DNA of 63,735 nucleotides, filler included, from Licmophora abbreviata (GCA_900291995.1; 30 parts of 30 records of this genome joined end to end with filler, not necessarily neighbours in it); one strand, 5' to 3'. Shown: positions 10,442 to 22,904, counted from the whole stretch's first letter. Numbers and translations: made by a program. Notes: generated by a model not told the origin, from the letters alone.

Positions 10442-11766
10442 TGACGCGACTGCTCAAGGAAGCGGCACCACAGGCGATGCCGCTAGCGCAACAGCGGGTA
10501 CCCAGCAGACAGGTGGCGGTGGACAGGGCAGTCAGACCCAGCGACCCCCTCGGAGCGGCCGCAGCGGCAGTCGCGGGCGTTTCCGTGGCTCTAACCCCAA
10601 CCCCGACAAGAAGAAATCGTCTTTCACAGGAAACACTGATGGCATGAATGCCCATGTTTTCCAGACCTTTCAAGAGTCGGGAGACCCACAGCAGTTCGTG
10701 AAGACATTGGAAGCTCTAGGCGAGTACTCCGCGAAGAACCAAAAGCACTCCGGAGACCTTGCAACTCTTTTTAAGAACCTCGACGCCCCCACCATCTCTA
10801 TGCCGAATGAACTGTCAGAGGACGATGCCACAAGCCGTTTGAAGTCCGCACTATGGCAGAAAGAAGTCGACGACTATTACTCCAAGAAGGGACACCTAGC
10901 CAACAACCTGAAAGGGTTACATGCGGTGACCTGGGGACAGTGTAGCGAAGCCATGAAGGCTAAGTTGATGACGCTTGACGGTTACAGCGAAAGCAACGAC
11001 AACAGCGACGTGTCCTGGCTCCTCAAAGCAATCCGTGGTGTTACCTACGGTTTTGAAGGACAAAGGTACATTTTCTTGGCGTTCGATGACGCACTCACCG
11101 ATTTCTACTCTTACCGCCAAGCTCAGGATGAATCCATGTCAGATTACCTGCAGACTTTTCGAACCAAGCTTGACATTTTGAAACACTATGGCGGCGGTGA
11201 CTCCATGGGGCAAGAGGTAGCCCTTCTCAAGTCAATCCGCGACCAGCACCCTCGACTCAGCCAATCTGCGACCTCTGCGCTCTCCAGCAACCGGGCTCAA
11301 GCCATAGCTTTTCTCAAACGGGCCGACCGTCGTCGATACGGCGGCCTGTTAGCGGACCTGGAAAATCAGTTTTCACGGGGCAATGACCAGTATCCAGTCG
11401 ACCTTTCTGGCGCATACAGTCTCCTAGTTGGCTATCAGACCCCCCTTCCCGCCACCAAAGCAAAAGACAAAACAGGTGGCAACAAGGAGCGAAAGACCAG
11501 CAACGATAGCGGCGCCACCACCGATGTCGGTATGACGTTTGCACAAGCGGTAGCACAGATCCCCGGTACCGACGGCGCGACCCATCATGGTATTACCTGT
11601 TATCGCTGTAAGTCGCCTGGCCACTACGCTAACGCTTGTCCCACTTCCAGTACAGAACCCGCTGGCGGTGTACAGTTGCTACAAGCCGCCTCTGCTGCCC
11701 CGTCACAGCCTGCCCAGCCTTCCGACAGTACCGCCGAAGCCTCCGATTTCTCCTTTGCGCAGACCC
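10434..11766 (+). mobile_element. gag: Ty1/copia (CoDi-like) gag, 3'-truncated
   Basis: WGQCSEAMKAKL, Q..DESMSDY..F and CYRCKSPGHYANAC zinc knuckle. Confidence 0.9.
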
Positions 11767-11866
11767 NNNNNNNNNNNNNNNNNNNNNNNNNNNNNNNNNN
11801 NNNNNNNNNNTTAATTAATTAANNNNNNNNNNNNNNNNNNNNNNNNNNNNNNNNNNNNNNNNNNNN

Positions 11867-13325
11867 AGCGATCAATTCAGACCATCAAGGAGCGGACTCG
11901 CTCCACCATTCATGGTTTGCCCTACAGACGTCTGCCTATCCTCCTAATCAAAGAGGTAGTCAAGAATGCCGTAAAAAATTTGAACCTGTTTCCCGCAAAA
12001 GATGGCGTCTCCAAGACTTTGAGCCCGCGAAACATCGTTACTGGCCTCGCAAACCCCGATTACAACAAAATGAAACTGGAGTTCGGTGCGTACGTGCAAG
12101 TCTTCGAAGATAACAATCCGTCCCCAGGCACAAACTCCACGACGACCCGCATGACCGGAGCCATCGCCCTGAACCCAACCGGAAACGAACAGGGAGACTA
12201 CCATTTCATGTCCCTGACTACCGGCGCACGTCTCAGTCGGCGACAGTGGACAGTATTGCCCGTCACCACGGAGGTCATAAGGAATGTAGAAGCCATGGCA
12301 ATGGCACAGGGACAGCCTCGGATTCAGGGAGGTACCATGAAGTTCGAGTGGCGACCGGATGCCCCGTTCGCAGAGGAAGACGACGACGACAACGAAGATG
12401 GCGATGAGCCTGATGATGATACTGAAGTAGCGGATCACGACGACGGTGGTATCGACTCCGAGGACGATGAGAACGAGGATGACGAGCCAGTGGAACCCAG
12501 TGATGAGGCTCCTGATTTTCGACAGCTTCCAGAACCCGATTCTGAGATTGACGATGACCCGGACACGGCAATGTACGACAATGACGAGACAGCGGCGGAT
12601 TTTGACAACGGTGATCAGTTCGACAATACAGTCGTCGAAGACGCAGGAGCGGTAACCGCGGATGAAACCGACCACGCTGAGCCCCCCGAAGACGAAGGCG
12701 ACACGGAACACAGATACAATCTACGAAACGACAGGACGCGTAGCTACCAGTACCGATACGCGCAACAGTTGGACGATTCGGTGACCCCTGAGACGAACAC
12801 AAATGGTGTACAGTTACTTCAGAATGCGATTCAGGACCTCCCGAATGACCCCAAGTCCCTTCGCACACACGTTTTTGGTCAGGTTTTCACCCAGATGACG
12901 GCGACTGCTGGTATTAAGAAACACGGGCAGGACGCCGTTGACGCACTTTTTAAGGAATTCGCGCAACTTGATGACAAAAACGTTTTCGAGGCTATGGATG
13001 TCAACGACCTGTCAGTTGAAGAAAAGAAAGGAGCGCTGCGAGCAGTGAATCTAATCAAAGAGAAGCGATCAGGAAAGCTAAAAGGACGCACGTGTGCCGA
13101 CGGTCGACCCCAGCGCACCCTCTACACGCGAGCAGAGACCACGTCCCCGACGATTTCGACCGATGCACTCATGATTTCACTCATGATTGATGGACTGGAG
13201 AAACGTGACGTTGCGACCGCCGACGTTGTCGGTGCATATCTGCATGCTGAGACGGACGATTTTGTTCTGATGCGGCTGACCGGTGACGCGGTGGACAGAC
13301 GCCTGATTCCGAGCTCAGCTCTGAG
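11867..13325 (+). mobile_element. pol: Ty1/copia (CoDi-like) pol fragment: integrase C-terminus, acidic linker, start of RT
   Basis: LEFGAYVQV, ALNPTGN, KEKRSGKLKGRTCADG and DVVGAYLHA; INT-before-RT order. Confidence 0.93.
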
Positions 13326-13725
13326 NNNNNNNNNNNNNNNNNNNNNNNNNNNNNNNNNNNNNNNNNNNNTTAATTAATTAANNNNNNNNNNNNNNNNNNN
13401 NNNNNNNNNNNNNNNNNNNNNNNNNGAGCGACGCGCGTTATCATCGACGTCGTCGTCGTGGTCAACAAGGCAACACATTATCGCAGCGTGTGGGGGTGTG
13501 TCGTGTGGTCCAGTCCCCTCACGAAATGCGGACGCCGGAGAGACGGGCGCTTTTCCGCGCGCCATCATCACAACCAAGGTTGGGTAGGCCTTTTGTAGTA
13601 ATTACTACAAAGTATGTACTTTTTATGTACTTTCGACTATAGTAATAGTATAGTAACTGTAGTATGTTGCCGCACTCGTGTAGTAGTAGTAAAGGTGTGT
13701 AGTAATCAACCAGCCGAGCCCGTAG

Positions 13726-14984
13726 TCATCTGTAGTCGAAGTGCATCATCAAATCTGGTACTACACAGTACTACGGGAACAGTACTCATAACCTATGTAC
13801 ACGCCAGCCCGTCAGCCGGTCAGCCGTCAGCCGGCAAGCACCCGCGCCGCGACAACGCGACGAGGTGCGCGGTGACGATGACGATATGACGATGTGAGTG
13901 GTGAATGCCTTCCCTCGACCCTCGACCCTCGACCGTCAACCTTCGACACCGCCAACAAATCATGGCGAGGGATGGCACCGGCAACGATGGGCGACGGCAA
14001 GCACGAGGACTAGACCGTTCCCTATCTGATGACATCGAAGAAGACATTGAGGTAGGTATGGTGTATTTGGGGATTCTGGGTGACTTGTGGCTGTGTGGCT
14101 GCTGGTTTGACTCTTAATTTACACGCTTTGTTGTTTGCTGTCTGTTTTTATTTTCAGTGGCGTCTTAGACATCGTGGAACTCTTGCAGCGTATATAATCA
14201 ATCTGATTCCTAGTCAAGAAGATATGGACTCTACTTTGGCTTTGCAGGATGAATTCCGCCCTCCTGGTGAAATTGTCCGTCCAGGCGATGATCCACGCTT
14301 GGGTCCTCGAATCATCAGACGCATGCTCCACTCTGGCCGATGGCGAGATGTTCCTGATTATTTGAATCCCTATTGCGAGTTACATCTGACTTTGCTTGGT
14401 GAGAATTATGCCACATTGGCTAACATAGTCAACGTGGCGATTCGCCAATTGATGTTTGACTGGTACATCATCCGCGAGTACCCCGAATCTGAGATGAAGA
14501 GGTGCTTCTTGCGGCACATGGTTCGAGAGGTTGAGGACCGGAGTTGCGGTTCTGGATCAATTAGCTTGGTTGAATGCGTGGGTAAAGCAGAAGAGGGTCG
14601 CTTGTTGGATGACCCAGATCGCCCCTTGCGTGATTTGGTTGCACACGTTGTTGATTGTATGAAGTACCCTACGCACCTTCTAGAGTAGGCATTTAATAGA
14701 AACTACAGTAACTATCTGTTATAACTGCAACTCTGGCTTGGTTCTACTACTAGATAGTTAGCTACTTTCTTGGGGGCAACCCTGGAACCTTCGTCAACGT
14801 CAGGATGGCATGGACAGTCGAAAAATTCCGCATCATCAAATGAGTTTGACGTGCTATAAATAGAACCTCCCCCACCTCTAGATGATGGACATGGCGTTCT
14901 TGCTCTGGATGTTCTCTGTCAGCTGAGAACATAGTTCATCTGTAGTCGAAGTTCATCATCAAATCTGGTACTACACAGTACTAC
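13726..14984. repeat. 49-bp direct repeat (13726-13774 and 14936-14984) bracketing a gene
   Basis: TCATCTGTAGTCGAAGT(G/T)CATCATCAAATCTGGTACTACACAGTACTAC, 1 mismatch; both copies followed by TACACGCCA. Confidence 0.9.
13962..14688 (+). CDS. Hypothetical two-exon protein (about 206 aa; exons 13962-14051 and 14158-14688)
   Basis: GAG|GTAGGT donor and T-rich TTTTCAG| acceptor join ORFs 13905 and 14080 in phase 0. Confidence 0.6.
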
Positions 14985-15394
14985 AATACACGCCANNNNN
15001 NNNNNNNNNNNNNNNNNNNNNNNNNNNNNNNNNNNNNNNTTAATTAATTAANNNNNNNNNNNNNNNNNNNNNNNNNNNNNNNNNNNNNNNNNNNNTGACC
15101 TGGTTGACACATGTGCCGCCACTACTTTTTCTCCTTCTATCGAATCGATTCGTCGCCTTGGAGCATTCAAATAGACAACTAGGCGGTCCTGTGGTTTCAA
15201 TCCCCGCTTGAATTCGACGTTTTCTCGGCGAGATTCATCGCGTAGTGTGTTCCTGGCGGGATTCGTCGCGTAGTGTGTTTCAGAGGCGACGCGACAAGGC
15301 GGTACGCACAGTGCCAACGGTATCAACCCAGAGAACGAGAGTATAAGGTTGTGACAGCAACATGTAAGTTCACTAAAGTTAAAGGTCAGTCATA

Positions 15395-16616
15395 CTAGTC
15401 ATTGTTGGACTTGTCGTCATAGGAGTTCAAGTCGTCAGACTTGCCGTCATCGGAGTTCAAGTCGTCAGACTTGTCGTCATCGGACTTGTCATCGTCATCG
15501 AGCATGCCTAATGCTTCGTCCTTTTCAAGTACATTAAGCAACATCTTTTCTGCTCCTTCCTGGCCATGATAGATAATGGAGGCAGTCTTGGATAGGGCCT
15601 CTTTGTCGGACTTGGGGATATGTTCCTTTGCATGCCGCATCGTCCATTTTCGATTCTTCTTGTTCAGAACACGTAGCTCTATTGTCTCCGGGTGCATTTG
15701 CTGGTTGAACTGGCTGTTGACAAAGGTGCTTCGACTGAAGACCCTCTCCTGGTGAGCATTTGCATCTGGCTTCGCAAGGATTTGCGCTGCGACTAGAGCT
15801 ATCTTGGGAAATCTGGGGCAACCTTCGTTCTTCCACCACTCCGCAACATCGGTCCGCTGTTCAATTTTCAATGCAAATGCTTCCATGGGCAAGTTCTTAT
15901 TGCTCAAATCGCTAGTGTCGACACAGCACTCCTCGAGATAAGACATCCAGTCCACACGCTGAGCAAAGAAATCGGATACTTCCTTGCAAACCAGATCCTC
16001 TACAGAGCTAGGTTGTCCATCACCAGAAACACTCTGTTGAGGAGGGCCGCAACAATTCGCCTGGGACCAGAATGCAAGTTCACCATCCTCACTGTCGATG
16101 TCAATCATGGCAGGCGTGTTGGTGGTCTTGGTGGCAGCTGACACAGTGTTTGGCTCAGAAGTTTGTTGTGGGTACATATCCACAACCGCACGCTCTAACA
16201 TCGCCTTGGCATCACCAACGATCTTGTCAATTTTTTCGGGATTCGAATTACGGCTCAGATGCCTCATGTATTGGATGCCCAGAGTGGCAGCAACTGGATG
16301 GCAAGCAAGGGCTAGCAACTGATCCTTCGTCGGTTCCTCTACATAATGATCCATCTCTTTAAGAATGCGCTCACGCAGCTGCATTCCGAACTCCGACAGC
16401 TGTAACGACTTGTTAGGTAGGTTCTTGTACTTCGTGGATGAGCTGCCCCAGATACCTCCCTTGAGATCGACCAATTTCAGCATATTCTCAGAATCCTCAA
16501 TCGTCTTACGAGCTGTGAAGCACTCTGCAAATGAAATAGCACCGTATCCGGGACGATCAACTTGCACGTTTTTGCTGTAGATCTTGATGGGGACAAGGTG
16601 TGCCGCAATCTCCGTA
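15395..16616 (-). mobile_element. hAT-superfamily transposase, C-terminal part with dimerisation domain
   Basis: WWKNEGCPRFPKIALVAAQILAKPDANAHQERVFS matches the hAT WW..FP.L..A..L..P..S...ER.FS signature; acidic DDKSDDLNS repeat tail. Confidence 0.88.
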
Positions 16617-16716
16617 NNNNNNNNNNNNNNNNNNNNNNNNNNNNNNNNNNNNNNNNNNNNTTAATTAATTAANNNNNNNNNNNNNNNNNNNNNNNNNNNN
16701 NNNNNNNNNNNNNNNN

Positions 16717-18477
16717 GGTGACCTATCCTTCAACTGGGAGGACGGAGACGCCATCAAAGCCGACTCCCTCTTCCATGCACTTGACTCGAAGAAGTATGCG
16801 AAGCTTCCGGAAAAGAAGTCCGCTCTCAAGGCCTTTGTTGGACTCAACCCTACCATAGTCTGCCCCAAGGCCTTCGTTCAATGTCACCAGACTGTCGAGA
16901 AGGTCTTCCGAGCTCTGGGACGGAACGGCACCGCGTGGAATCAAGCCTTCGTCGCCGGCATGATGACGCGCATCTACCGTCTTGCCGAACAGGCAGACAA
17001 GGAGTGCCCCCGTCGCTCTTCAGGAAGATCCAATGGTGGCACTGTCCACGCTGCTCTTCAAGATCTACGGAAGCTTGTGCGCGGTGTCTTACTCAAGGCG
17101 TCAGGAGATGCCAGTCTCCACGGGAGAGGACGCACGAGAAACGCGGCCATTCGACAGACAGGCTCGCGAGTGCAAGACAGCATTGTCCCAGAAATGGACT
17201 TGCTTGAGACGCGTCCCTGTCCCAATTGCAATCACTTTTGTCTACAGGCAGTAGAAACGATCGAAGAAGTCGAAGAAAAGAACCGCGAGATTGAAACGGA
17301 GAACCGCCGGAAGATGCGAGAGTGGGAGCGGAAGCTCGAGTCGGAGAAAGGACGCAAGCCGAGAGCGAAGGCATCGGTCTCGCAACAGCTAGCATGCATG
17401 TGCGTCAAAATGAACTGTCTATGTCGCTCATCTGGGGAAGGATGCATTCTTTGTGAGAGCTACGCTAAGCAAGGAATCGATCTGGTCGAAACAGATCCGA
17501 AGTCACGTTCGGGAAAGTCAGTCCGATGCTCCTGTGACGTCTGCTCTTGTCCCTGCTCTGTGACGTTTCAACGTGATCATCATGACAAGGTAGCTGCGCA
17601 AGCCCAAGACAAGAAGGACAATAGGGATCCCATTGATGGTATGTCACCCGAGCCGTCTTTCATATCTTGTCTTGCTCTCGCTTACAACTGTGTCTATCTC
17701 TTGCTCTACAACTCCCATTCGATAGCGGTTCGCCAACAGCAGGTCGGCATCGGAAGCATCTTGGACGACTATATTGAGAACTCTAAACTTGTTGCACGAT
17801 TGCAGAGACCTGAGGCAGACGATATTCAGCTCGAACAAGACACGTTTTCCATTGCCGCGACAGCTGTATCGCAAGACCCGCGCTTTCTCAGCGCGTCGTT
17901 GACAAAGAAGTGGAAGAATGCAATTGGACCTCTCACTACCCTTACCAAGGATGGAGTCAGCTACCAGGAAGCATTCAGACGTAAACAGCAGCAGCAGCAA
18001 CAGCAGAAGCGCATTACCCCCGACTCTATGGCATCCGTTGCAGCTGCACCTCTGTATGCCCCCACTGTGTCGGCTGATCAGTCCTTAGCAGTACAGTCAA
18101 GAGATATCCGCTTCTTCCGAAACGGGCTCTCCCGTACACCTCTCCACCCTCGAATCCAGGTTCTATCTTCTTCGAATTCGGGAGGTGTGATCAACCTTGC
18201 TGAGGATGGTTGCGAAGAGGGTCATAGTGGTATGCAAGAAGATCCAGTTACGCAACGCAAGGGCAAGATCCGCCGCACGTGTCAACAGGAGATCTTCCAG
18301 AATGCCAAGAAGGCCGACGACGAGAAGTGTGATGTGACAGCACTGCGCGAGCTTCAAAACCGGCTATTGAAGTCGACGCCAACAAAATCTACCGACACGT
18401 TGATTCAAGACAGTCTTGACCTTGGCCACAGCACTCCCGATGCCAAGGACTTTCTTTTGGCTATGATACAGCCCTGA
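16717..18477 (+). CDS. Cys-rich hypothetical protein, 5'-truncated, probable 87-nt in-frame intron 17639-17725
   Basis: Frame open from the contig edge; CPNCNH, CMC..MNC....GEGCILC and CSCDVCSCPC; G|GTATGT..TAG| phase-matched. Confidence 0.65.
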   Translation, partial: GDLSFNWEDGDAIKADSLFHALDSKKYAKLPEKKSALKAFVGLNPTIVCPKAFVQCHQTVEKVFRALGRNGTAWNQAFVAGMMTRIYRLAEQADKECPRRSSGRSNGGTVHAALQDLRKLVRGVLLKASGDASLHGRGRTRNAAIRQTGSRVQDSIVPEMDLLETRPCPNCNHFCLQAVETIEEVEEKNREIETENRRKMREWERKLESEKGRKPRAKASVSQQLACMCVKMNCLCRSSGEGCILCESYAKQGIDLVETDPKSRSGKSVRCSCDVCSCPCSVTFQRDHHDKVAAQAQDKKDNRDPIDGMSPEPSFISCLALAYNCVYLLLYNSHSIAVRQQQVGIGSILDDYIENSKLVARLQRPEADDIQLEQDTFSIAATAVSQDPRFLSASLTKKWKNAIGPLTTLTKDGVSYQEAFRRKQQQQQQQKRITPDSMASVAAAPLYAPTVSADQSLAVQSRDIRFFRNGLSRTPLHPRIQVLSSSNSGGVINLAEDGCEEGHSGMQEDPVTQRKGKIRRTCQQEIFQNAKKADDEKCDVTALRELQNRLLKSTPTKSTDTLIQDSLDLGHSTPDAKDFLLAMIQP

Positions 18478-18602
18478 ACGAAGATACGGCGTCCATCTCG
18501 CGGACATATATATCTAGTATATAAACAGTGCTATTGCATTGCTAGACAACACGTATTTTGAAGTGATCATTCGCTATTTCATTATCGATTTGTAGTAGAG
18601 GA

Positions 18603-19733
18603 CTAGAGCCCGGTCTCTGTGTAGCCGCAGTGATCGAACGTATTGTTGAAATCGCCGTTCATACCCGTGTTCGCCGCAATATTATAAATCTCCTGCTCCA
18701 TGTCAACAGTGGTCCAGTCACTGCGAGAGCGTCGCTGGAGCTCTTGAACAATGTCACAAATCTTGTATTCGATCGGCCCATACTTGGGCTGGTACGGGGG
18801 TCGCTTGACGATGTCAAAGCGGATTGGACCGTTTCGACCCTCGACAGTCTGGTAGACCACTGGCGACCTGTGCTGGTTCAAGTTGTCCCACAAGAAAACA
18901 CGTCGAAGGTCCATGCCAGGGAGCATATTCGTTTCAATCGATGAACAAACATGGTTGCAGAAAGCAGCGAAGTCGAAGCTTGTGATCCCGGTGGATTGGA
19001 ATATTCGAATCCACCGACGGGGTCTCGCGATGCTCCCTTCCACATTCGGCGGCAGCCGCGGGTCACCAGGTTCAATCGCGTAGATCACTGTGAGTTTTGT
19101 GTCTCTGCAGTAGTGACCAGGTTTTCTCACACGAAAGTTTGTCTGTGAGTAGCCATACTTACGATTAGTCTGTTGAATCGCGATGCCGAACTCATCAAAG
19201 TCTGCGAGGACGCGACGACGGATACCGTAAACTCCGAGAGGGGGCCCCAATGTCCAGAATCGATTCACCTTGAGAGTGTTGTGCGGCAGGAAAGCTTGGT
19301 ATGCTTCAGTGGATGATGCTTTTCTGGAGTACTTGAGCTCTTTCATCCGACTGGCGATCGCTTGCTTGCTGTACAGCATTCCTCCCACGTTGTAGAGGAA
19401 GGCCCCAATCTCTTCGGCTTGGCAATCCGGGTAGAGCTGCAAGTACAAGCTCAGCATAAACTGATCATACCCAACAATTGTTTGTGCCTCCTTGTTGCCA
19501 GTCATCCGGTGTGGTTCCAAGCGCTGCCGCCATCGAGTGATGGAGGCTGCCGACGCTTTCGTTGGCTCGTTGTCGGCGTGACGCTGCAACTCTTCCCGAC
19601 GAAACCAGATTGGATATCCGCGCGTTCCGCCCACGCCTGGATCCAGAAGCTCTTCTCGAGTCTGTTCGAGCTCTCGAGTGAGTCCAAGGTCCTTTCTGGC
19701 GCTTGCACGGGTGTCGGCAGGGTCGTTGTTCAT
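18603..19733 (-). mobile_element. IS630/Tc1-mariner-superfamily DDE transposase (DD38E)
   Basis: DFDEFGI, FLWDNLNQH and PPYQPKYGPIE; 38 residues between the second D and E. Confidence 0.85.
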
Positions 19734-20075
19734 GGTCGATGGTCGTTGTCAGTGTGTGAATATGCCGCCACCAATGACAAAGCAATTCTACGANNNNNNN
19801 NNNNNNNNNNNNNNNNNNNNNNNNNNNNNNNNNNNNNTTAATTAATTAANNNNNNNNNNNNNNNNNNNNNNNNNNNNNNNNNNNNNNNNNNNNTCCCCTC
19901 GAATCGATGCCGATCTCGACTGTACGAGACGCTCCGATTCGCAATGTAGCTCACAAACAACAACTAATATGCTCTCACGAACATACGCTCCAGCCATAAG
20001 AAACCCGTCAGAAACTTATGCGCTCTCACTGTCATGGGAAAACCCTCCTGGGGGAAGAAACCATGAACGGTCACC

Positions 20076-22904
20076 TCAATAGGTGAATTTATCCAACAAC
20101 TCATTGCGACGAATGATGGATAACAACTTGGTAAACAGGTCGGCGAGATTGGTACGCGTTCCCTCCTTGGCAACCCTGACGGTCCCAGATGCCACAGCCT
20201 CACGACAACGGTGGTAAGCTATCGAGTGGCACTTCTTCTTGAGGGTCGACTCCGGAATTGTGGTGTTCTTGTAGACTGCTTCATTGTCACAAAACACGTT
20301 CGTAGGTCCCGTAATTGGTATCCCGAACATTCGGAGCTTGTAACGCAGGGACTCGATAAGCTCCACGGCCGTCTTCAACGCCATGAACTCGCTCCCGAAG
20401 GTGCTTGCTTCTACGCGGTTCTGTCCCTTGCTATACCAATGTATAGGAGCCCTGTTGCAGAAGAGTAAGATACCCGTCTGACTCCTTCTCGTCACCTTAT
20501 TCCCAGCAAGATCCGCATCAACAAAGACATGCGTAGACATCGGGTTGCCACGTGGTGGTGGCATGTCCCCTGGAATTGCCTCTTTCACATCGTGGTAAAA
20601 GTCCTCCCACTCGTATGTTGTAAACATACGCTCGTCGATCGCCGGATGATCTGGGTCGAAGGCAATCTTGCGCTTCGGGTGCTCTCTCAAATATCCGAAG
20701 ACATGTATGAGTTGCTCTAAATGGCCGATACGAGGCAACGCAAGGTGAGCAGACATTATTGACGTCTCCAGCAAGATGTCAACTCTACCGAGTTCGACGG
20801 CCCATCTCAGGACTCCAATGAGCTCCTGGTAATATTGGACTCCGTCAGCTTTCAACTCAGGACTATCATCCAACTCTGGACGATATCCTCCTTTAAGCGG
20901 TGATCCGCATCTGCTTGGCAATCGCTTGCCATCCTTCGCGAGCTTCGTCTGCACATTCTCAACAGCGGCTTTGCAGTACTTCTCAGACGACGCCACCCAA
21001 CATTCAGTCCCGTCCGCGGTGATCATCTGCGACAATTCGGCTCCAAGGTACCCTTCAGGGACTACAGCTTTGTCCCCTTTCAGTGTGAACCTTCGCCTTA
21101 TCTCATCCATGGTTTTCATAGGGTTGCCAGATACTGATAGTATATCATCCACGTAGCACAATGCCATCTCATAGTACTCAAATCCATTTTCTAGGACTGC
21201 CGGCCGAAGCCAGACATCCGGGTCGGCTTTTGAAGGGAAGTATCCCATATCGTGTAGCGTCTCTGCAAGCAGCGCTCTAAAGGCAGCCCCAGACGACCGC
21301 AATCCATATAATGCCCTTGTAATAAGAAACACTTTGCCCTGGTCGGAACCGAATTCCGGGCCAGCTCTGGTCCAAATTTTCTCACGACACTTCGCCGTCA
21401 AATAAGCATTCTGGATGTCGCACGATAGTACCTTGAGTCCGTTGAGTGCAGCAGCAGTGAGGGCGATCCTGACGGAATCCCTCGACACAACAGAGGAATA
21501 TGTGAGCGTAGGAGGTGTCTCAGTCTTGTTGCCCTGGGCCACCATCCTCGCTTTCCTCCTGAAGTTCTCTCCCATCTTCACGTCGAAGATAATATGACAC
21601 TGTACCTCCTGGTATCCCCGAGGTATCTCGTCAATGCTGCCCTCAAACTCCTCGAATGCGATCCTAACGTTTCGCATCTCCTGACATATTGCGTCCCACC
21701 ATAATGTGTCGCCATTCTCCGCGTCAAGTTTCCTGGCGTGCTCTACGGACTTGGGAATCCTGATTCCAAATTTATGTGTCCGCACCCAGTACTTCGATTT
21801 CGTCTTTGCAATGATCCGATTACGCTTCTTCAAGACGTAATTGACCCACCAGGCGAAAGCAGGCTCTCCTGAAATGCGGGCCTCGACTGAGTATTCCGCT
21901 GTTTGGACCGGGTAGGACTCCTTCATGTCCTTGAGTGCCACCCAAGTGGTACTCCCGTCCTTCCATTCAACTAAAAGTTCCCATCCTTTAGTTGTTTCTT
22001 TCCGACGTTTCTGACCTGACTTGATTGTGATGAAAGCGTCTTGCTGTTTGATCTCCTTCCCATCAGTGCGATGGTCAACGATGTCCGCCAATAAAACATG
22101 GCGCCGACCTTCGTCATCTATCTGCGCGAATAAGTTCTGCGCAATAGCGTTAGCCGACAGTGACGCTTTGTGTCCGTCCATGTACTCCACCTCATACATA
22201 CGCGTGTCGAGTATCGGGTTGTCGTTGGCGATACCAATTGGTATCCCATTCGCGTCACGTAGACGCTTCTTGACACGAGCGAACTCTGGCCCCTCGTCAC
22301 CTCGTGGAATCGCAAGTTCCATGCGTAGATAGGTATCGTCGTAAACGTCGGGCGTGAACTCTGTGTCGGCCTCGGGTAGATCATCATCATCGACGACTCT
22401 AACAAACTCATTGTAGAAATCTTCGTCCTCTTCAATCAAATCGGCCCATAGTTCAGGGTCAGGCTTGTCGCCATCAACCGGCAAGTCTTCTTCCTTGAAC
22501 CGTCGTTTAATCTCTTGGTCCAAATCGACGAACAACATCTTGCTATCCTCAACTTGTAGCTCCAGGTTCGTTGCTCGTTGTACCGTGGTCCTCGATATCA
22601 CGGATCCAGATTTGGTGAGTATCCAGTATGACATCAGGCTGCCGACTCTATGTGACACGCCAAGCCACCTACCGGGTAATCTCTCCCCCAATCCTGCGTT
22701 CTCATGATACCAGACTCGATCATAAAAACCGAAGTCTAGATATTCCGATATGTCCTGAGTCTCCCCTGTAACTCTCTCCAAAGGTATTCCCCCCTCGACC
22801 CTCCCAGCTGTGGTATAAGTGAGTCCCATGGTCTCACAAACCCAGCGCATACCGTAATCCCACAACCTGCGAGGGACACGTTTTCGCACCATGATCCGAA
22901 ACCA
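20076..22904 (-). mobile_element. pol: Ty1/copia (CoDi-like) pol: integrase C-terminus, chromo-like domain, RT, RNase H; polypurine tract at 19894-19900
   Basis: RKARMVAQG, DIQNAYL, LYGLRSSG, YVDDIL, FVDADLAG and NLADLFTK; GAGGGGA at contig end. Confidence 0.96.

Noticed and set aside
11944..12868. Long antisense or alternate-frame ORFs over copia and YR genes (also 57434-58283, 60442-61383, 5141-6205)
   Set aside because: Shadows of acidic or GC-rich coding sequence with no motifs.
16717..18477. Fanzor/TnpB nuclease beside the IS630/Tc1 transposase
   Set aside because: No RuvC motifs (D-P-G, E, D) or terminal zinc-ribbon arrangement visible.
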